This document shows positions 46,922 through 56,376 of a stretch of 64,000 nt of DNA, one piece after another; positions within the stretch are counted from its first letter, which is position 1; every line of letters begins with the position of its first letter. Source of the stretch: Candidatus Poribacteria bacterium (GTDB lineage Bacteria > Poribacteria > WGA-4E > PCPOR2b); assembly GCA_965208675.1 (NCBI GenBank), contig OZ242351.1, forward strand, positions 1,920,001-1,984,000, in the 5' to 3' direction. The position numbers were made by a program, and so were the translations under genes. A model generated the notes under the pieces. It made no database searches, had not been told where the DNA came from, and saw only the letters and a list, made by a program, of their open reading frames with translations.

Positions 46922-47584
46922 TCATGCACGATTCACTTGTGCGAAATCTGCTGCCTCCTCAAACTGCTCCAATATTCCGACATCGTGGCTAACGGTGAGC
47001 AACGCGGCGTTGTTTTCATGGCAAATCTCGCGGATAAGCGCAATCGCTTGGTTAGCGTGGTGATAATCCAGATTTCCAGTCGGTTCATCGGCAAGCACCA
47101 AGCGCGGACGGTTGGCGATAGCGCGGGCAACTGCAACACGCTGCTGTTGCCCAACGGATAATTGCGATGGCGGATATCCCATTCGATCTCCCAACCGGAC
47201 CCGTTCAAGCAAGTGTTGGGCGAACTCTACATCAACGCCCTTCCCAAACATCATACCGAGCACGACGTTTTCCAATGCGGTGTAACCGTGGAGCAGATTG
47301 AAGGTCTGGAAGATGTAGCCTATATGGCTGGCGCGCAGTGAATCACGCCCAGACTCGGAGAGGGCGGTAATCTCCTCACCATCAATAACGATTTGTCCGC
47401 TATCGGCGTGCAGAATTCCAGCGATGAGATTGAGAAACGTGGTTTTTCCGGTGCCGCTGCTTCCCTTGAGCGCCATCTGCGAACCTGTCTCCAGCTCGAA
47501 ATGGGGCACATCAACGATGCGATTCTGTGTACCTTCAGGCGAAAAATAAGCTTTTTCGAGATTAGCGATTGTCAAGAGCGGCAT
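46922..47584 (-). CDS. ABC transporter ATP-binding protein (LolD/ZrgB-like)
   Basis: GSSGTGKT, LSVGQQQR and LADEPTGNLD motifs. Confidence 0.94.
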   Translation of the reverse strand: MPLLTIANLEKAYFSPEGTQNRIVDVPHFELETGSQMALKGSSGTGKTTFLNLIAGILHADSGQIVIDGEEITALSESGRDSLRASHIGYIFQTFNLLHGYTALENVVLGMMFGKGVDVEFAQHLLERVRLGDRMGYPPSQLSVGQQQRVAVARAIANRPRLVLADEPTGNLDYHHANQAIALIREICHENNAALLTVSHDVGILEQFEEAADFAQVNRA

Positions 47585-47596
47585 AACACACCGTGA

Positions 47597-47995
47597 TCAG
47601 TTGTTCGACAATTTGCAGAGTTGACACATACGGCAGAGGCGGCGATTGATGAGGTGAACAAGCGCGAGCAGCAGTCCGCCCATAGCCATGAAGATGACTT
47701 CGGTACCCTCTGAAGCGTGAAATCGTGCGATAAAGATTAGAATTAATGCGCCACCGAGCATTAGAAACACTCGCCATTTTCGGTGGTGCCAATAGCCCCA
47801 ACTTAGACTGCCGACAGCAACTCCCACTGCGCCGACAACCAACGCCAACTCCGCTGACTCACTGAGAATAAATCCAAGCCCAATCAGCGGCAATACGGTC
47901 ATCAAGAGCGGGGCTGCCATACAGTGGACAGCGCACGCAAACGATAGGCATGCGCCCACATTGTCCACGACTGCGTGATTCAGATATCTGTTCAA
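47597..47995 (-). CDS. merC: MerC-domain membrane protein (stand-alone copy)
   Basis: DNVG..LSFACAVHC..P, four TM helices, HLIN..C..C; SD AGGAG before TTG. Confidence 0.85.
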   Translation of the reverse strand: MNRYLNHAVVDNVGACLSFACAVHCMAAPLLMTVLPLIGLGFILSESAELALVVGAVGVAVGSLSWGYWHHRKWRVFLMLGGALILIFIARFHASEGTEVIFMAMGGLLLALVHLINRRLCRMCQLCKLSNN

Positions 47996-48112
47996 TTATT
48001 GGCTCCTAACGTCATTCGTTACTGTTACCGGTATCGGATTTGCCGGTCCGGCGTGCCAAAACCGCATTTATCATTGGATTTGGCACGCTGACAGGCAAAC
48101 CAAAGTTTTCGG

Positions 48113-48742
48113 TTACGGCGTAACCGTTACGGGAATCAAGAGCGCCGCCGTGAAATCGGGGTGGTCGCCGTGCATGAGTTGGAGCTTGATTTCCGTTTGA
48201 CCGGCTTTAAGCCCCTTCACCTCAAAGGTGAATTGATCGGCAAGCTCATCGCCGTGTTCATCGTGTTCATCATGCTCATCGTGATCTTCGTCATCGTCGT
48301 GATCTTCGTCCTCATCGTGATCGTCGTCATCATCGTGATCGTCGTGATCGTCGTGGTAAAGGTGTATCTCAATGATTGATGAATCGTATCCGCTGAGCGC
48401 TAAAGCAAACACCTCTTCCTCGCCATGTTCGTGGTCGTGGTCGTGGTCGTCTTCCTCTTCCGGATTCTCAGGAAAAAATTCATGGCTGTCGTGGTCAAGG
48501 AACGCGGTCAGAACGTCGAGTTCATCTCCGACTTTGAGCGTGATACCTCCCGAATGCGTCCCTTCGAATTGACGGTATATCTCGTTCCCGTCAACCTTGA
48601 GGACAAAACCGTCTGCATCGGCGTGAAATGGTTCATCGTCATGGCCATTTTCGACAATAGGATTATCGTCTTCGCCGCATGCAGCGAAAAGTGCAATAGA
48701 TACGAGTAACAACAACGTAAAACGTAAAACAGGTGTAAACAT
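48113..48742 (-). CDS. His/Asp-rich putative metal-binding lipoprotein (copy 2)
   Basis: Near-identical to 24158-24817 apart from a shorter His/Asp tract. Confidence 0.88.
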   Translation of the reverse strand: MFTPVLRFTLLLLVSIALFAACGEDDNPIVENGHDDEPFHADADGFVLKVDGNEIYRQFEGTHSGGITLKVGDELDVLTAFLDHDSHEFFPENPEEEDDHDHDHEHGEEEVFALALSGYDSSIIEIHLYHDDHDDHDDDDDHDEDEDHDDDEDHDEHDEHDEHGDELADQFTFEVKGLKAGQTEIKLQLMHGDHPDFTAALLIPVTVTP

Positions 48743-48901
48743 TATTACCTCCAGACATAGATTGGCTGAATTTCCCGGCATCACGACTGATGAAACAACG
48801 AAAAATAGGCAAATTGCTACCCAAACCGTATACAACTCAGCCGGGAAAGGCAGATAAAGATTTGGTCAAATTAAACAGAGATTATGAGAACAACGAGCAG
48901 C

Positions 48902-49207
48902 TTAAACGGGGAAAATAGGCGGGGCACGACTCCGGACACTGTTGTCAAGGATCGTGAAAACGAAATGAAATTTGATGATGGGTCTGTGAATTGAGATGCA
49001 TGCATCGAATTTGGTGACGTCAACGGGGGTGAGTTCAATACCGACGTGGTTGGCATTGAAGAAACAGGCGGAGCAGTGCTCTGAATTGACATCGACGTGC
49101 TCATGGTCGTGCGCGAGTGAGATAAGGTTTACCGTTATCAGATAATAGACGATTCCAATCAATATCACCCAGAGAATGGGAGTGAAATGGATTTTAACCT
49201 TTTGCAA
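48902..49207 (-). CDS. DUF2946-like leader protein with CxxC and RAPP (copy 2)
   Basis: TM, HDHEH, CSAC and RSRAPP. Confidence 0.82.
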   Translation of the reverse strand: MQKVKIHFTPILWVILIGIVYYLITVNLISLAHDHEHVDVNSEHCSACFFNANHVGIELTPVDVTKFDACISIHRPIIKFHFVFTILDNSVRSRAPPIFPV

Positions 49208-49400
49208 GACTCCTTACCTCATTCGAACGTTCAAAAATTCGCCAACACAGCATTGTATTTTAGCACAACCGATTGGCTTTGTCCAATTTTTTTGATTCAA
49301 AATCGACAGGAATGGGTATCAAACCAAATCCATTGCACTGCCGCTTAAGTACCTTGACAGAACTGGTTATAATCGTTTATTCTAATTTAGAGCGAAGCCT

Positions 49401-50150
49401 TTGGAATGCAATGGAACCGAAAATGAATTTATTTATGATGACAAGAAAGGACCGTTATTCAGAATGTTTAGATTCTTCCCTGTTTTGATGGTTGTTTGCA
49501 TGGCGACCGTTACAAGTATTTCAGAACGCGCAGAAAGTGATGAGGGTGGAGCGTCAGCGGAAAAATGCCACGTCCCCGGGTGGTTCCGAGTCGATACGGA
49601 TAGTTTAGGCACGCATTTCCTGATTGGGGCGACGCATTGTGTCGGCGGAGTTTCGATCGAGTCGAATATATTCATTGATGATACACTCGGCGAGTTTGAC
49701 CTCGGTGTTTCCATACCCGCTGTTAAGGGCGACAGTTTCAGCCTTACAGTGCTGCCCATGCTCGGACTTGGGTTTGATTATAAGACGCCGGACGGCCCTT
49801 CAGCAATTTTCCCGCACCTGTTTGTTTTTATGCCCGCAGGCAAGTTTTTTTTCAAATCGTGGTCGATTGGGTCATTCTATTCTGTGTTCGATGAGGAAAG
49901 AAACAACGAACTTTACACCCGCAATTATGCCACCTATTCCGTGAACAGAACCGTGGCGGTTGGCCCCCAAGTTGAAGCCGTTTTAGGGCTTGGGGATAAC
50001 GGGAAACTTATTAGCCTGATTCTCGGTGCGCGAATCAACATCGGTTACGGCGAAAATAACACGCTCGGCATACTTTATGGGTATGATACCAAAAAAGCGG
50101 AAGAGCAAACCGGATTGACGGGACGGTTGAGTTTTACGCGCAGATGGTAG
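49401..50150 (+). CDS. Putative outer-membrane beta-barrel protein (likely start ATG 49464)
   Basis: Signal peptide, alternating amphipathic strands, terminal aromatic residue (GRLSFTRRW). Confidence 0.65.
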   Translation: MECNGTENEFIYDDKKGPLFRMFRFFPVLMVVCMATVTSISERAESDEGGASAEKCHVPGWFRVDTDSLGTHFLIGATHCVGGVSIESNIFIDDTLGEFDLGVSIPAVKGDSFSLTVLPMLGLGFDYKTPDGPSAIFPHLFVFMPAGKFFFKSWSIGSFYSVFDEERNNELYTRNYATYSVNRTVAVGPQVEAVLGLGDNGKLISLILGARINIGYGENNTLGILYGYDTKKAEEQTGLTGRLSFTRRW

Positions 50151-50204
50151 TGCCATGCCATCGACGGCAGATAATTTCACGTGTGGGCGAGCGTAAACGA
50201 CCAT

Positions 50205-50819
50205 CTACTGAAGCAGGAGCATAATTTCCTTGCGCCTGTCACGGCGCAGTGCATAGTCGTAAGGCGTATCGCCCTTGGCGGTCTTGATGGATTTGTCGGC
50301 AGCGGCATCAAGTAAAATCCTGATGACTTCTATATCGGCAGCTACTGCCTCCATGTGAAGCGGAGTTTCTCCCCAAACTGTGCCGAAGAAATCCATCTCT
50401 GTGCGACCGCCGACTTTGGTTTGCCGATTAACATCGCCGCCCCGTTTAATTAAGAGTTTCAATGTTTCAGGCTGATTTCGGAGAGCGGCTTTGTGCAGCG
50501 CAGTTTCCCCGCCCGCAGGGAGTTGCAAATTTACATCCGCCCCGGCATCAATTAGAAAAGACGCGAATTCCACATCGCCCCTAACGGTTGCGCTCATAAG
50601 CAGCGTCATTTTACTGAATCTATCGTGATTGATGTTACCGCCATTACCGAGCAGCCATTTGCAAATGTTCGTGTGACCTCTGAAATACGCCCAAAAAAAC
50701 GGTGGAAGGTCGCTGTGGTTCACGTCTGCGCCTTGTTCCACTAGCCGGCGGACGTCGTTAAATCTGCCATTCTTTCCTGCTTCGATCAACGCTTCGTTGA
50801 TGTCCATTTCCTGTTCCAT
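50205..50819 (-). CDS. Ankyrin-repeat protein
   Basis: GADVN, GETALHKAA, GETPLH and GDTPYD repeats. Confidence 0.93.
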   Translation of the reverse strand: MEQEMDINEALIEAGKNGRFNDVRRLVEQGADVNHSDLPPFFWAYFRGHTNICKWLLGNGGNINHDRFSKMTLLMSATVRGDVEFASFLIDAGADVNLQLPAGGETALHKAALRNQPETLKLLIKRGGDVNRQTKVGGRTEMDFFGTVWGETPLHMEAVAADIEVIRILLDAAADKSIKTAKGDTPYDYALRRDRRKEIMLLLQ

Positions 50820-50888
50820 GATTATTCTCCATTTATAGTCAATTTCACTTATATTTGCTCAAGATTCGTCAGGTGCGGCTGCCGGCAA

Positions 50889-51389
50889 TCACCTATCAGC
50901 AACAATCCATCCACCATCTATCAGCCCAATGCTGGCGCAACTTGGCCCGCCTTCGTCATCTGTCCCCATATACCTCGCCATCAGCACTTTATTTGGATGC
51001 TGGAACACCTCTTTCACCATTTGCCACGTCACTTCCTCTTGAACATTGAATTTTGGATAGCCCGATGAAATCCAGATTTTTGCCCGTCGGCTCCATTCAC
51101 AGTCCGCCTGACCCGCCGATTGGCCTATATTGATGTAGAAGAACCGTTTCGAAGGCGTTCCCCGTGCGAATGGCCCTGTGAAGTTAGGTAAACCCGTATC
51201 GCGCTGCGGTTTCACAACCGCCTCAAAATCGAACGCGATATCTTCGCCTGTAGATTGGGTAACCGAAACCAATTCCCCGTTGTTTTCCAGCGAGAAATTG
51301 ACTCCGGCTAGCGGGTTCACAACGACGATTCGCAACGGGATTTTGTATTCCATAATTTTATCCCCGCATGTCTTTTTAGCTTTCACCAC
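50889..51389 (-). CDS. DUF5990-like protein (likely start ATG 51353)
   Basis: FTGPFARGTP..RFFYI..RRAKI..GGPSCAS. Confidence 0.7.
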   Translation of the reverse strand: MVKAKKTCGDKIMEYKIPLRIVVVNPLAGVNFSLENNGELVSVTQSTGEDIAFDFEAVVKPQRDTGLPNFTGPFARGTPSKRFFYINIGQSAGQADCEWSRRAKIWISSGYPKFNVQEEVTWQMVKEVFQHPNKVLMARYMGTDDEGGPSCASIGLIDGGWIVADR

Positions 51390-51584
51390 TTCATCAAAAG
51401 GTATTCTAACATAATTATAGATTTTAGGACAACACGCTCGGATTCGGTATGTGTTTTGACTTGTATTGAGTGTGCTTTTCGCTTGACAGAAATTGGGAAG
51501 TGTGATAAATTGCGCTTATCATTTCAAGTGGATTGAATCATTTTTTGCGGCACCCCTATAAATTTATCGGTTACGGAGGGGGAT

Positions 51585-52235
51585 ATGGGAAAAGAAAAGG
51601 ATTTAGATAAAAATAAGGAATCCGTCATTTCGCGGCGGGGTTTTCTGAAGGGTATGGGTACCGGTGCAGTTGCAGCTACGGTTGCACCGACGGCGCTCGT
51701 TAGTGCTGAGAAATCGGCGGACGCCAAGATGGGCGAAGCGATTACCCGCGCCAAAATCAAGCTCCATATCAACAACGAAACGCATGAGGTTGAAGTTGAA
51801 CCTCGTACAACGCTGTTGAGTGTGCTTCGGGACGGGATCGATACCAGCGGCAAACGTATTGATTTGACTGGAGCCAAGTCCATCTGCGACCGCGGAGAGT
51901 GCGGGGGTTGTACAGTTCAGGTAGATGGGCAGCCAATCTATTCTTGCATGATGCTCGCAATTGATGCCGCGGGGAAACAGATTACGACGGTCGAAGGGCT
52001 TGCGAACGGCGATCAGTTGCACCCGGTGCAGGAAGCGTTTGTTCAACACGACGCCCTGATGTGCGGCTTCTGTACACCCGGATTCGTTGTGGCGTCAAAA
52101 TCGCTGCTTGATGAAAACCCGGCGCCTACGCTTGAAGAAATTAAGGGCGGGTTGTCCGGCAACATTTGCCGATGCGGCACGTATCCGTTTATCTTTGAGG
52201 CAGTGCAAACGGCTTCGGGCAAGATGGGAGGTTAG
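51585..52235 (+). CDS. Molybdo-hydroxylase 2Fe-2S subunit with Tat signal (PaoA/YagT-like)
   Basis: SRRGFLK; CDRGECGGC, CGFCTPG and CRCG. Confidence 0.94.
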   Translation: MGKEKDLDKNKESVISRRGFLKGMGTGAVAATVAPTALVSAEKSADAKMGEAITRAKIKLHINNETHEVEVEPRTTLLSVLRDGIDTSGKRIDLTGAKSICDRGECGGCTVQVDGQPIYSCMMLAIDAAGKQITTVEGLANGDQLHPVQEAFVQHDALMCGFCTPGFVVASKSLLDENPAPTLEEIKGGLSGNICRCGTYPFIFEAVQTASGKMGG

Positions 52236-52239
52236 ACGA

Positions 52240-54366
52240 ATGGCATCGTGGGGAGAATCACACGAAACACGCCTGATTGGAAAACGCATCCCCCGTTTGT
52301 CAGGCGCGGACAAAGTCTCGGGGAAAGCGAAATACACGTTCGACATTAACCGGCCTGGCATGCTTTACGGCCGTATTCTGCGCTCTCGCGTGGCACATGC
52401 GACAATTACGGCGATAGATTTCAGCGGAGCGGAAGCGTTGTCTGGTGTCAAAGCTGTCATTCCGCTGATTGAACCCGGCAAACGCTTGCGACACGAAGGA
52501 CAGGAAATTGCCGCAGTGGCCGCGATCACTGACGACATTGCGAAGGATGCGGTACGGTTAATTCAGTATGACTTTGAAGAACTGCCCTTTGTGGTTGATG
52601 TCGAAGAAGCCATGGATGAAAATGCGCCGCAAATTCGAGACGATTGGCACCGGAATCAGAGTCAACCAGGCATTGATGAGCGCGGCAACCTCGAAGCCGG
52701 TTTTGCCGAGGCAGCCGTGGAAGTAGAGGCGACTTATAGCGCGCCGGTTCAAACGCATGTTTGTCTGGAAACGCACGGGCACGTCGCCGAATGGGACGGG
52801 GATAGCCTGACTGTTTGGGCTTCGACGCAGGCGGTATTTGGTACACGCCGAGATTTTGCCCAACACTTTAAAATTCCTGAAGACAAGGTGCGCATCATCA
52901 CTGAACACATGGGGGGCGGTTTCGGAAGTAAGTTTAGCCCCGGTGTCGAAGGACGTGCGGCGGCAGAGCTTGCGCGAATAGCTAGTGCGCCTGTGAAGTT
53001 GATGCTAACACGCAAAGATGAGCATCTGGTGGCTGGAAATCGCCCGTCAATGACGCAGCGCGTGCGGGCGGGCGCAACAGACGACGGGCGCTTAATCGCT
53101 TACGACCTACGGGGTTATGGGACTGGGGGAATCGGCGGCGGCGCTAGTTTTACGGGGCCTTATGTTTATGAGGTGCCGAATTATCGGACTGAGAAATTTG
53201 CTGTTGCCATCAACGCAGGAAGTGAACGCGCAATGCGTGCGCCGGGACACCCTCAAGGCGAATTTGCGATGGATTCGCTGATGGATGAACTCGCCGAAAA
53301 ACTGGGCATGGATCCGCTAGAATTCCGCCGAATAAACGACCCTAGCGAGATTCGTCAGGCGGAATACACACTCGGCGCAAAAGAAATCGGCTGGCACCGG
53401 CGCAACGAAGTCCCCGGCGCCGGGAAAGGCGTCAAGAAGCGCGGCATCGGCATGGGAAGCGGACTTTGGGGCGGGGGCGGACACGCTGGAACACAAGCAC
53501 GTGTGACAATCCACGCTGACGGTACGGTCGAAGCGGTTACGGGTACCCAAGATCTCGGCACCGGCATTCGAACAGTCATTGCGATAATCGTAGCAGAGGA
53601 ACTCGGCTTACAACCCCAAGACATCAGTGTGAAAATTGGGGACAGCGGACCAGGACTGCCGTCTGGCGGCAGCGGCGGCAGCACGACAACACCCTCTGTT
53701 GCCCCGGTGGTGAAGACTGCGGCAACAGCAGCCAAACAGAAATTCTTCGAACGGATTGCATCGCAGTTTGAAACCCAACCAGACGACCTGCGCGCTGCAG
53801 ACGGCAAGGTATACACCGCCTCGGATCCAACGAAGAGCGTGTCGTGGAAAGGCGCGGCGGGCCATCTCGGTATGGAGACGATTACCGGGAACGGCGCCTG
53901 GCATGACGGCCTAAGCGAGCCCGGGGCTGCCGGAACTCAATTTGCGGAAGTCGAGGTGGACACGGAAACCGGTGAAGTGAAGGTCATTAGGATTGCGGCA
54001 ATACAGGACTGCGGCCTGGTGATGAACCGTTTAACCTGCGAAAGCCAAATCAACGGCGGGGTTATTATGGGATTGGGCTATGCCCTGCTTGAGAACCGCA
54101 TCATGGATCCACTGACAGGTTATATGATAAACCCGAACCTTGAGGATTACAAGGTTGTGGGCGCTATGGAAGTTCCCGAGATTAAGTCCATCGCTTTCGA
54201 TACCGACCGGAAAGTGACAGGTGTCGGCGAACCTGCAACCATCCCGACTGCGGGCGCGATCGCTAATGCCGTCTATAACGCAATCGGTGTCCGGATTCGC
54301 GACCTCCCAATCACGGCCGATAAGATACTTAACGCGCTTGCCGAGAATGCAGCAGCGTCCGGATGA
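52240..54366 (+). CDS. Xanthine dehydrogenase family molybdopterin-binding subunit (PaoC/YagR-like)
   Basis: GGGFGSK, MRAPG, QDLGTG, GGSGGS and GVGEP; SD GGAGG before ATG 52240. Confidence 0.94.
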   Translation: MASWGESHETRLIGKRIPRLSGADKVSGKAKYTFDINRPGMLYGRILRSRVAHATITAIDFSGAEALSGVKAVIPLIEPGKRLRHEGQEIAAVAAITDDIAKDAVRLIQYDFEELPFVVDVEEAMDENAPQIRDDWHRNQSQPGIDERGNLEAGFAEAAVEVEATYSAPVQTHVCLETHGHVAEWDGDSLTVWASTQAVFGTRRDFAQHFKIPEDKVRIITEHMGGGFGSKFSPGVEGRAAAELARIASAPVKLMLTRKDEHLVAGNRPSMTQRVRAGATDDGRLIAYDLRGYGTGGIGGGASFTGPYVYEVPNYRTEKFAVAINAGSERAMRAPGHPQGEFAMDSLMDELAEKLGMDPLEFRRINDPSEIRQAEYTLGAKEIGWHRRNEVPGAGKGVKKRGIGMGSGLWGGGGHAGTQARVTIHADGTVEAVTGTQDLGTGIRTVIAIIVAEELGLQPQDISVKIGDSGPGLPSGGSGGSTTTPSVAPVVKTAATAAKQKFFERIASQFETQPDDLRAADGKVYTASDPTKSVSWKGAAGHLGMETITGNGAWHDGLSEPGAAGTQFAEVEVDTETGEVKVIRIAAIQDCGLVMNRLTCESQINGGVIMGLGYALLENRIMDPLTGYMINPNLEDYKVVGAMEVPEIKSIAFDTDRKVTGVGEPATIPTAGAIANAVYNAIGVRIRDLPITADKILNALAENAAASG

Positions 54367-54414
54367 ATCTATACATCTTCAAACTACGCATGGAACGAAT
54401 GAGGAGATAGGGAT

Positions 54415-55389
54415 ATGGAAAAATTTGCTTACGTCAATGCAGCAAACGTCGAACAAGCCTCCTCCTTGTTGAGCGGCGAATGGGGCGAAACGATGGTTAT
54501 TGCAGGAGGAACGGATCTTATCGGTGAGCTCAAAGAGTACATTGAAACTCCCGCGAAAGTTGTCAACCTCAAAACCATCCCCGGCATGGATGAGATTAAA
54601 GCCGATGCGACTGGATTGACAATCGGTGCGTTGGCAACAGTCCGAGACATTGCTGCACATCCTACAATCCAAGAGCACTACACCGTCCTCGCGGAAGCCG
54701 CCGCCTCGGTCGCGTCGCCGCAGATTCGTAACGTTGGCACGCTAGGCGGCAATCTGTGCCAGCGCCCGCGTTGCTGGTATTACCGCAACCCAGAGATAAT
54801 CTGCCTGAAGAAGGGCGGCGACATATGTTACGCGGTCGAAGGATTGAGCAAGTACCACGCAATCTTTGGCGGCGGACCGGTGTATATTGTTCATCCTTCT
54901 GATACAGCACCGGCGTTAATCGCTCTTGGCGCCACCGTGAAGATTATTGGTCCCGATGGGGAAAAGACGATGCCGCTGGAGGAATTTTTCATTTTGCCTG
55001 ACATCAACCCGCAACGTGAAAACGTGCTTGAACCGAACGAGGTTGTAGCGGAGGTTCACGTTCCAAAACCGTCGGCGAATACGAAGAGTTTCTATATCAA
55101 AGCCCGCGAACGGGGATCTTTCGACTTTGCGTTGTCGAGCGTCGCTGCTGCGTTTGAGATGAACGGTTCAACCTGCGGTGGGGCAAGCATCGTGATTGGC
55201 GGGGTTGCGCCAATCCCGTGGCGATCGAAGGAGGCTGAAGCTGCACTCAACGGCGTGCGTATCACGGAAGCGGTTGCAAAGCGCGCAGGTAGTGAAGCCG
55301 TGAAGAATGCCGAACCGCTGAACGACAACGGGTATAAGGTGGTATTAACCCAAAATCTCGTCAGCCGTGCAGTAATGAAGGTGTCTTAG
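54415..55389 (+). CDS. Molybdo-hydroxylase FAD subunit with 4Fe-4S-type insert (PaoB/YagS-like)
   Basis: AGGTDL, ASPQIRNVGTLGGNLCQRPRCWYYR..C..C. Confidence 0.94.
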   Translation: MEKFAYVNAANVEQASSLLSGEWGETMVIAGGTDLIGELKEYIETPAKVVNLKTIPGMDEIKADATGLTIGALATVRDIAAHPTIQEHYTVLAEAAASVASPQIRNVGTLGGNLCQRPRCWYYRNPEIICLKKGGDICYAVEGLSKYHAIFGGGPVYIVHPSDTAPALIALGATVKIIGPDGEKTMPLEEFFILPDINPQRENVLEPNEVVAEVHVPKPSANTKSFYIKARERGSFDFALSSVAAAFEMNGSTCGGASIVIGGVAPIPWRSKEAEAALNGVRITEAVAKRAGSEAVKNAEPLNDNGYKVVLTQNLVSRAVMKVS

Positions 55390-55406
55390 GGAATAGGAGA
55401 GCAGAC

Positions 55407-55646
55407 ATGGAAAAGGCAAAAGATTTGTCCGTCTTGAATCGACCGATATGCCAAAATCTACGCACAAAAGCGCTTTATGTCGCCGGCGGCAGTTTGCAAT
55501 ATCTTGTTGAAACCAACCCTTACTCTCACTATTGGTGCAACTGCACAATGGCAGCGGTGGGGCCAGACGATAGATTCGTTTCACCAGAAGGTTGCAACCG
55601 CTCTCGAAGGTGTTTCGAGCCGATTGGCGGCGAGATTGTTGCGTGA
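55407..55646 (+). CDS. Small Cys-rich hypothetical protein
   Basis: SD AGGAG; CQNLRTK..YWCNCT..GPD..C..R.C. Confidence 0.75.
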   Translation: MEKAKDLSVLNRPICQNLRTKALYVAGGSLQYLVETNPYSHYWCNCTMAAVGPDDRFVSPEGCNRSRRCFEPIGGEIVA

Positions 55647-55787
55647 TTGACTCGATCCGGACATATACAGGCCAAGAGAGTTAGTAAATTTCATACACCG
55701 AACGATGACACGTGCGGTTTCTGTGAATCCTGACATCCTACGTTTAACCCCCAATCGAACGAATTCCGTATCACACGTCGCGTCAAC

Positions 55788-56249
55788 ATGACCTTTCTTC
55801 CCGCACTGATACAGTGGCTGCACGTCGCATCTGTCGTCCTTATGATTGGCGGTTTTTTCTTCCTTCGCGTCGTGCTTATCCCCGCTTCCCGCAGCCTCCC
55901 GAATAGCCACCAACCGAAACTCATGGCAGCGGCGCTGCGCCGGTTCAGCGTTGTCGTGTGGATTGCTCTCGTAACAATCTTGGCGTCGGGGATTTACAAT
56001 TTCGTCTCATTCCTGAGATCCGCAAACGCAACAACTGCGTCGGGCATTTCTCCTGACTTTTCATATTATATTCTCGTCTTGGGCATCAAGCTCTTTATCG
56101 TTTTTCTAATTTTCACGCTCGGCATCGTCCTCACGTTTCCGTACCCTGTTTTTGAGCCTTTTCAAAAACGCCCTTCGCCGTGGATCAACCTGACGATGAT
56201 ATTGGGGCTAATCGTGATTTTTTTGTCCGCGTTGCTGCGGAGGCTATAG
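55788..56249 (+). CDS. CopD-like four-TM membrane protein
   Basis: WLHV..IGG, SGIYN and LGIKL motifs. Confidence 0.7.
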   Translation: MTFLPALIQWLHVASVVLMIGGFFFLRVVLIPASRSLPNSHQPKLMAAALRRFSVVVWIALVTILASGIYNFVSFLRSANATTASGISPDFSYYILVLGIKLFIVFLIFTLGIVLTFPYPVFEPFQKRPSPWINLTMILGLIVIFLSALLRRL

Positions 56250-56376
56250 CGGATTTGGAAATCGGGTGTTCCAAATTAACTTTGCAAAGCGAGGATATCA
56301 CGCCGTGTAAACCATTTTTATGTCGTGAACTATTGATTCATACAGAACCGGGATTGGGAAAGGAACTTTTTCGAAA

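Larger units (their letters stand above)
47632..49335 (-). repeat. Copy 2 of the ~1.7 kb direct repeat
   Basis: Colinear with 23677-25410. Confidence 0.93.

Noticed and set aside
47597-47995. Mercury-resistance operon
   Set aside because: No merA, merR, merP or merT; context points to essential-metal uptake
52087-52239. Longer start for the molybdopterin subunit
   Set aside because: Overlaps the 2Fe-2S gene; SD GGAGG supports ATG 52240
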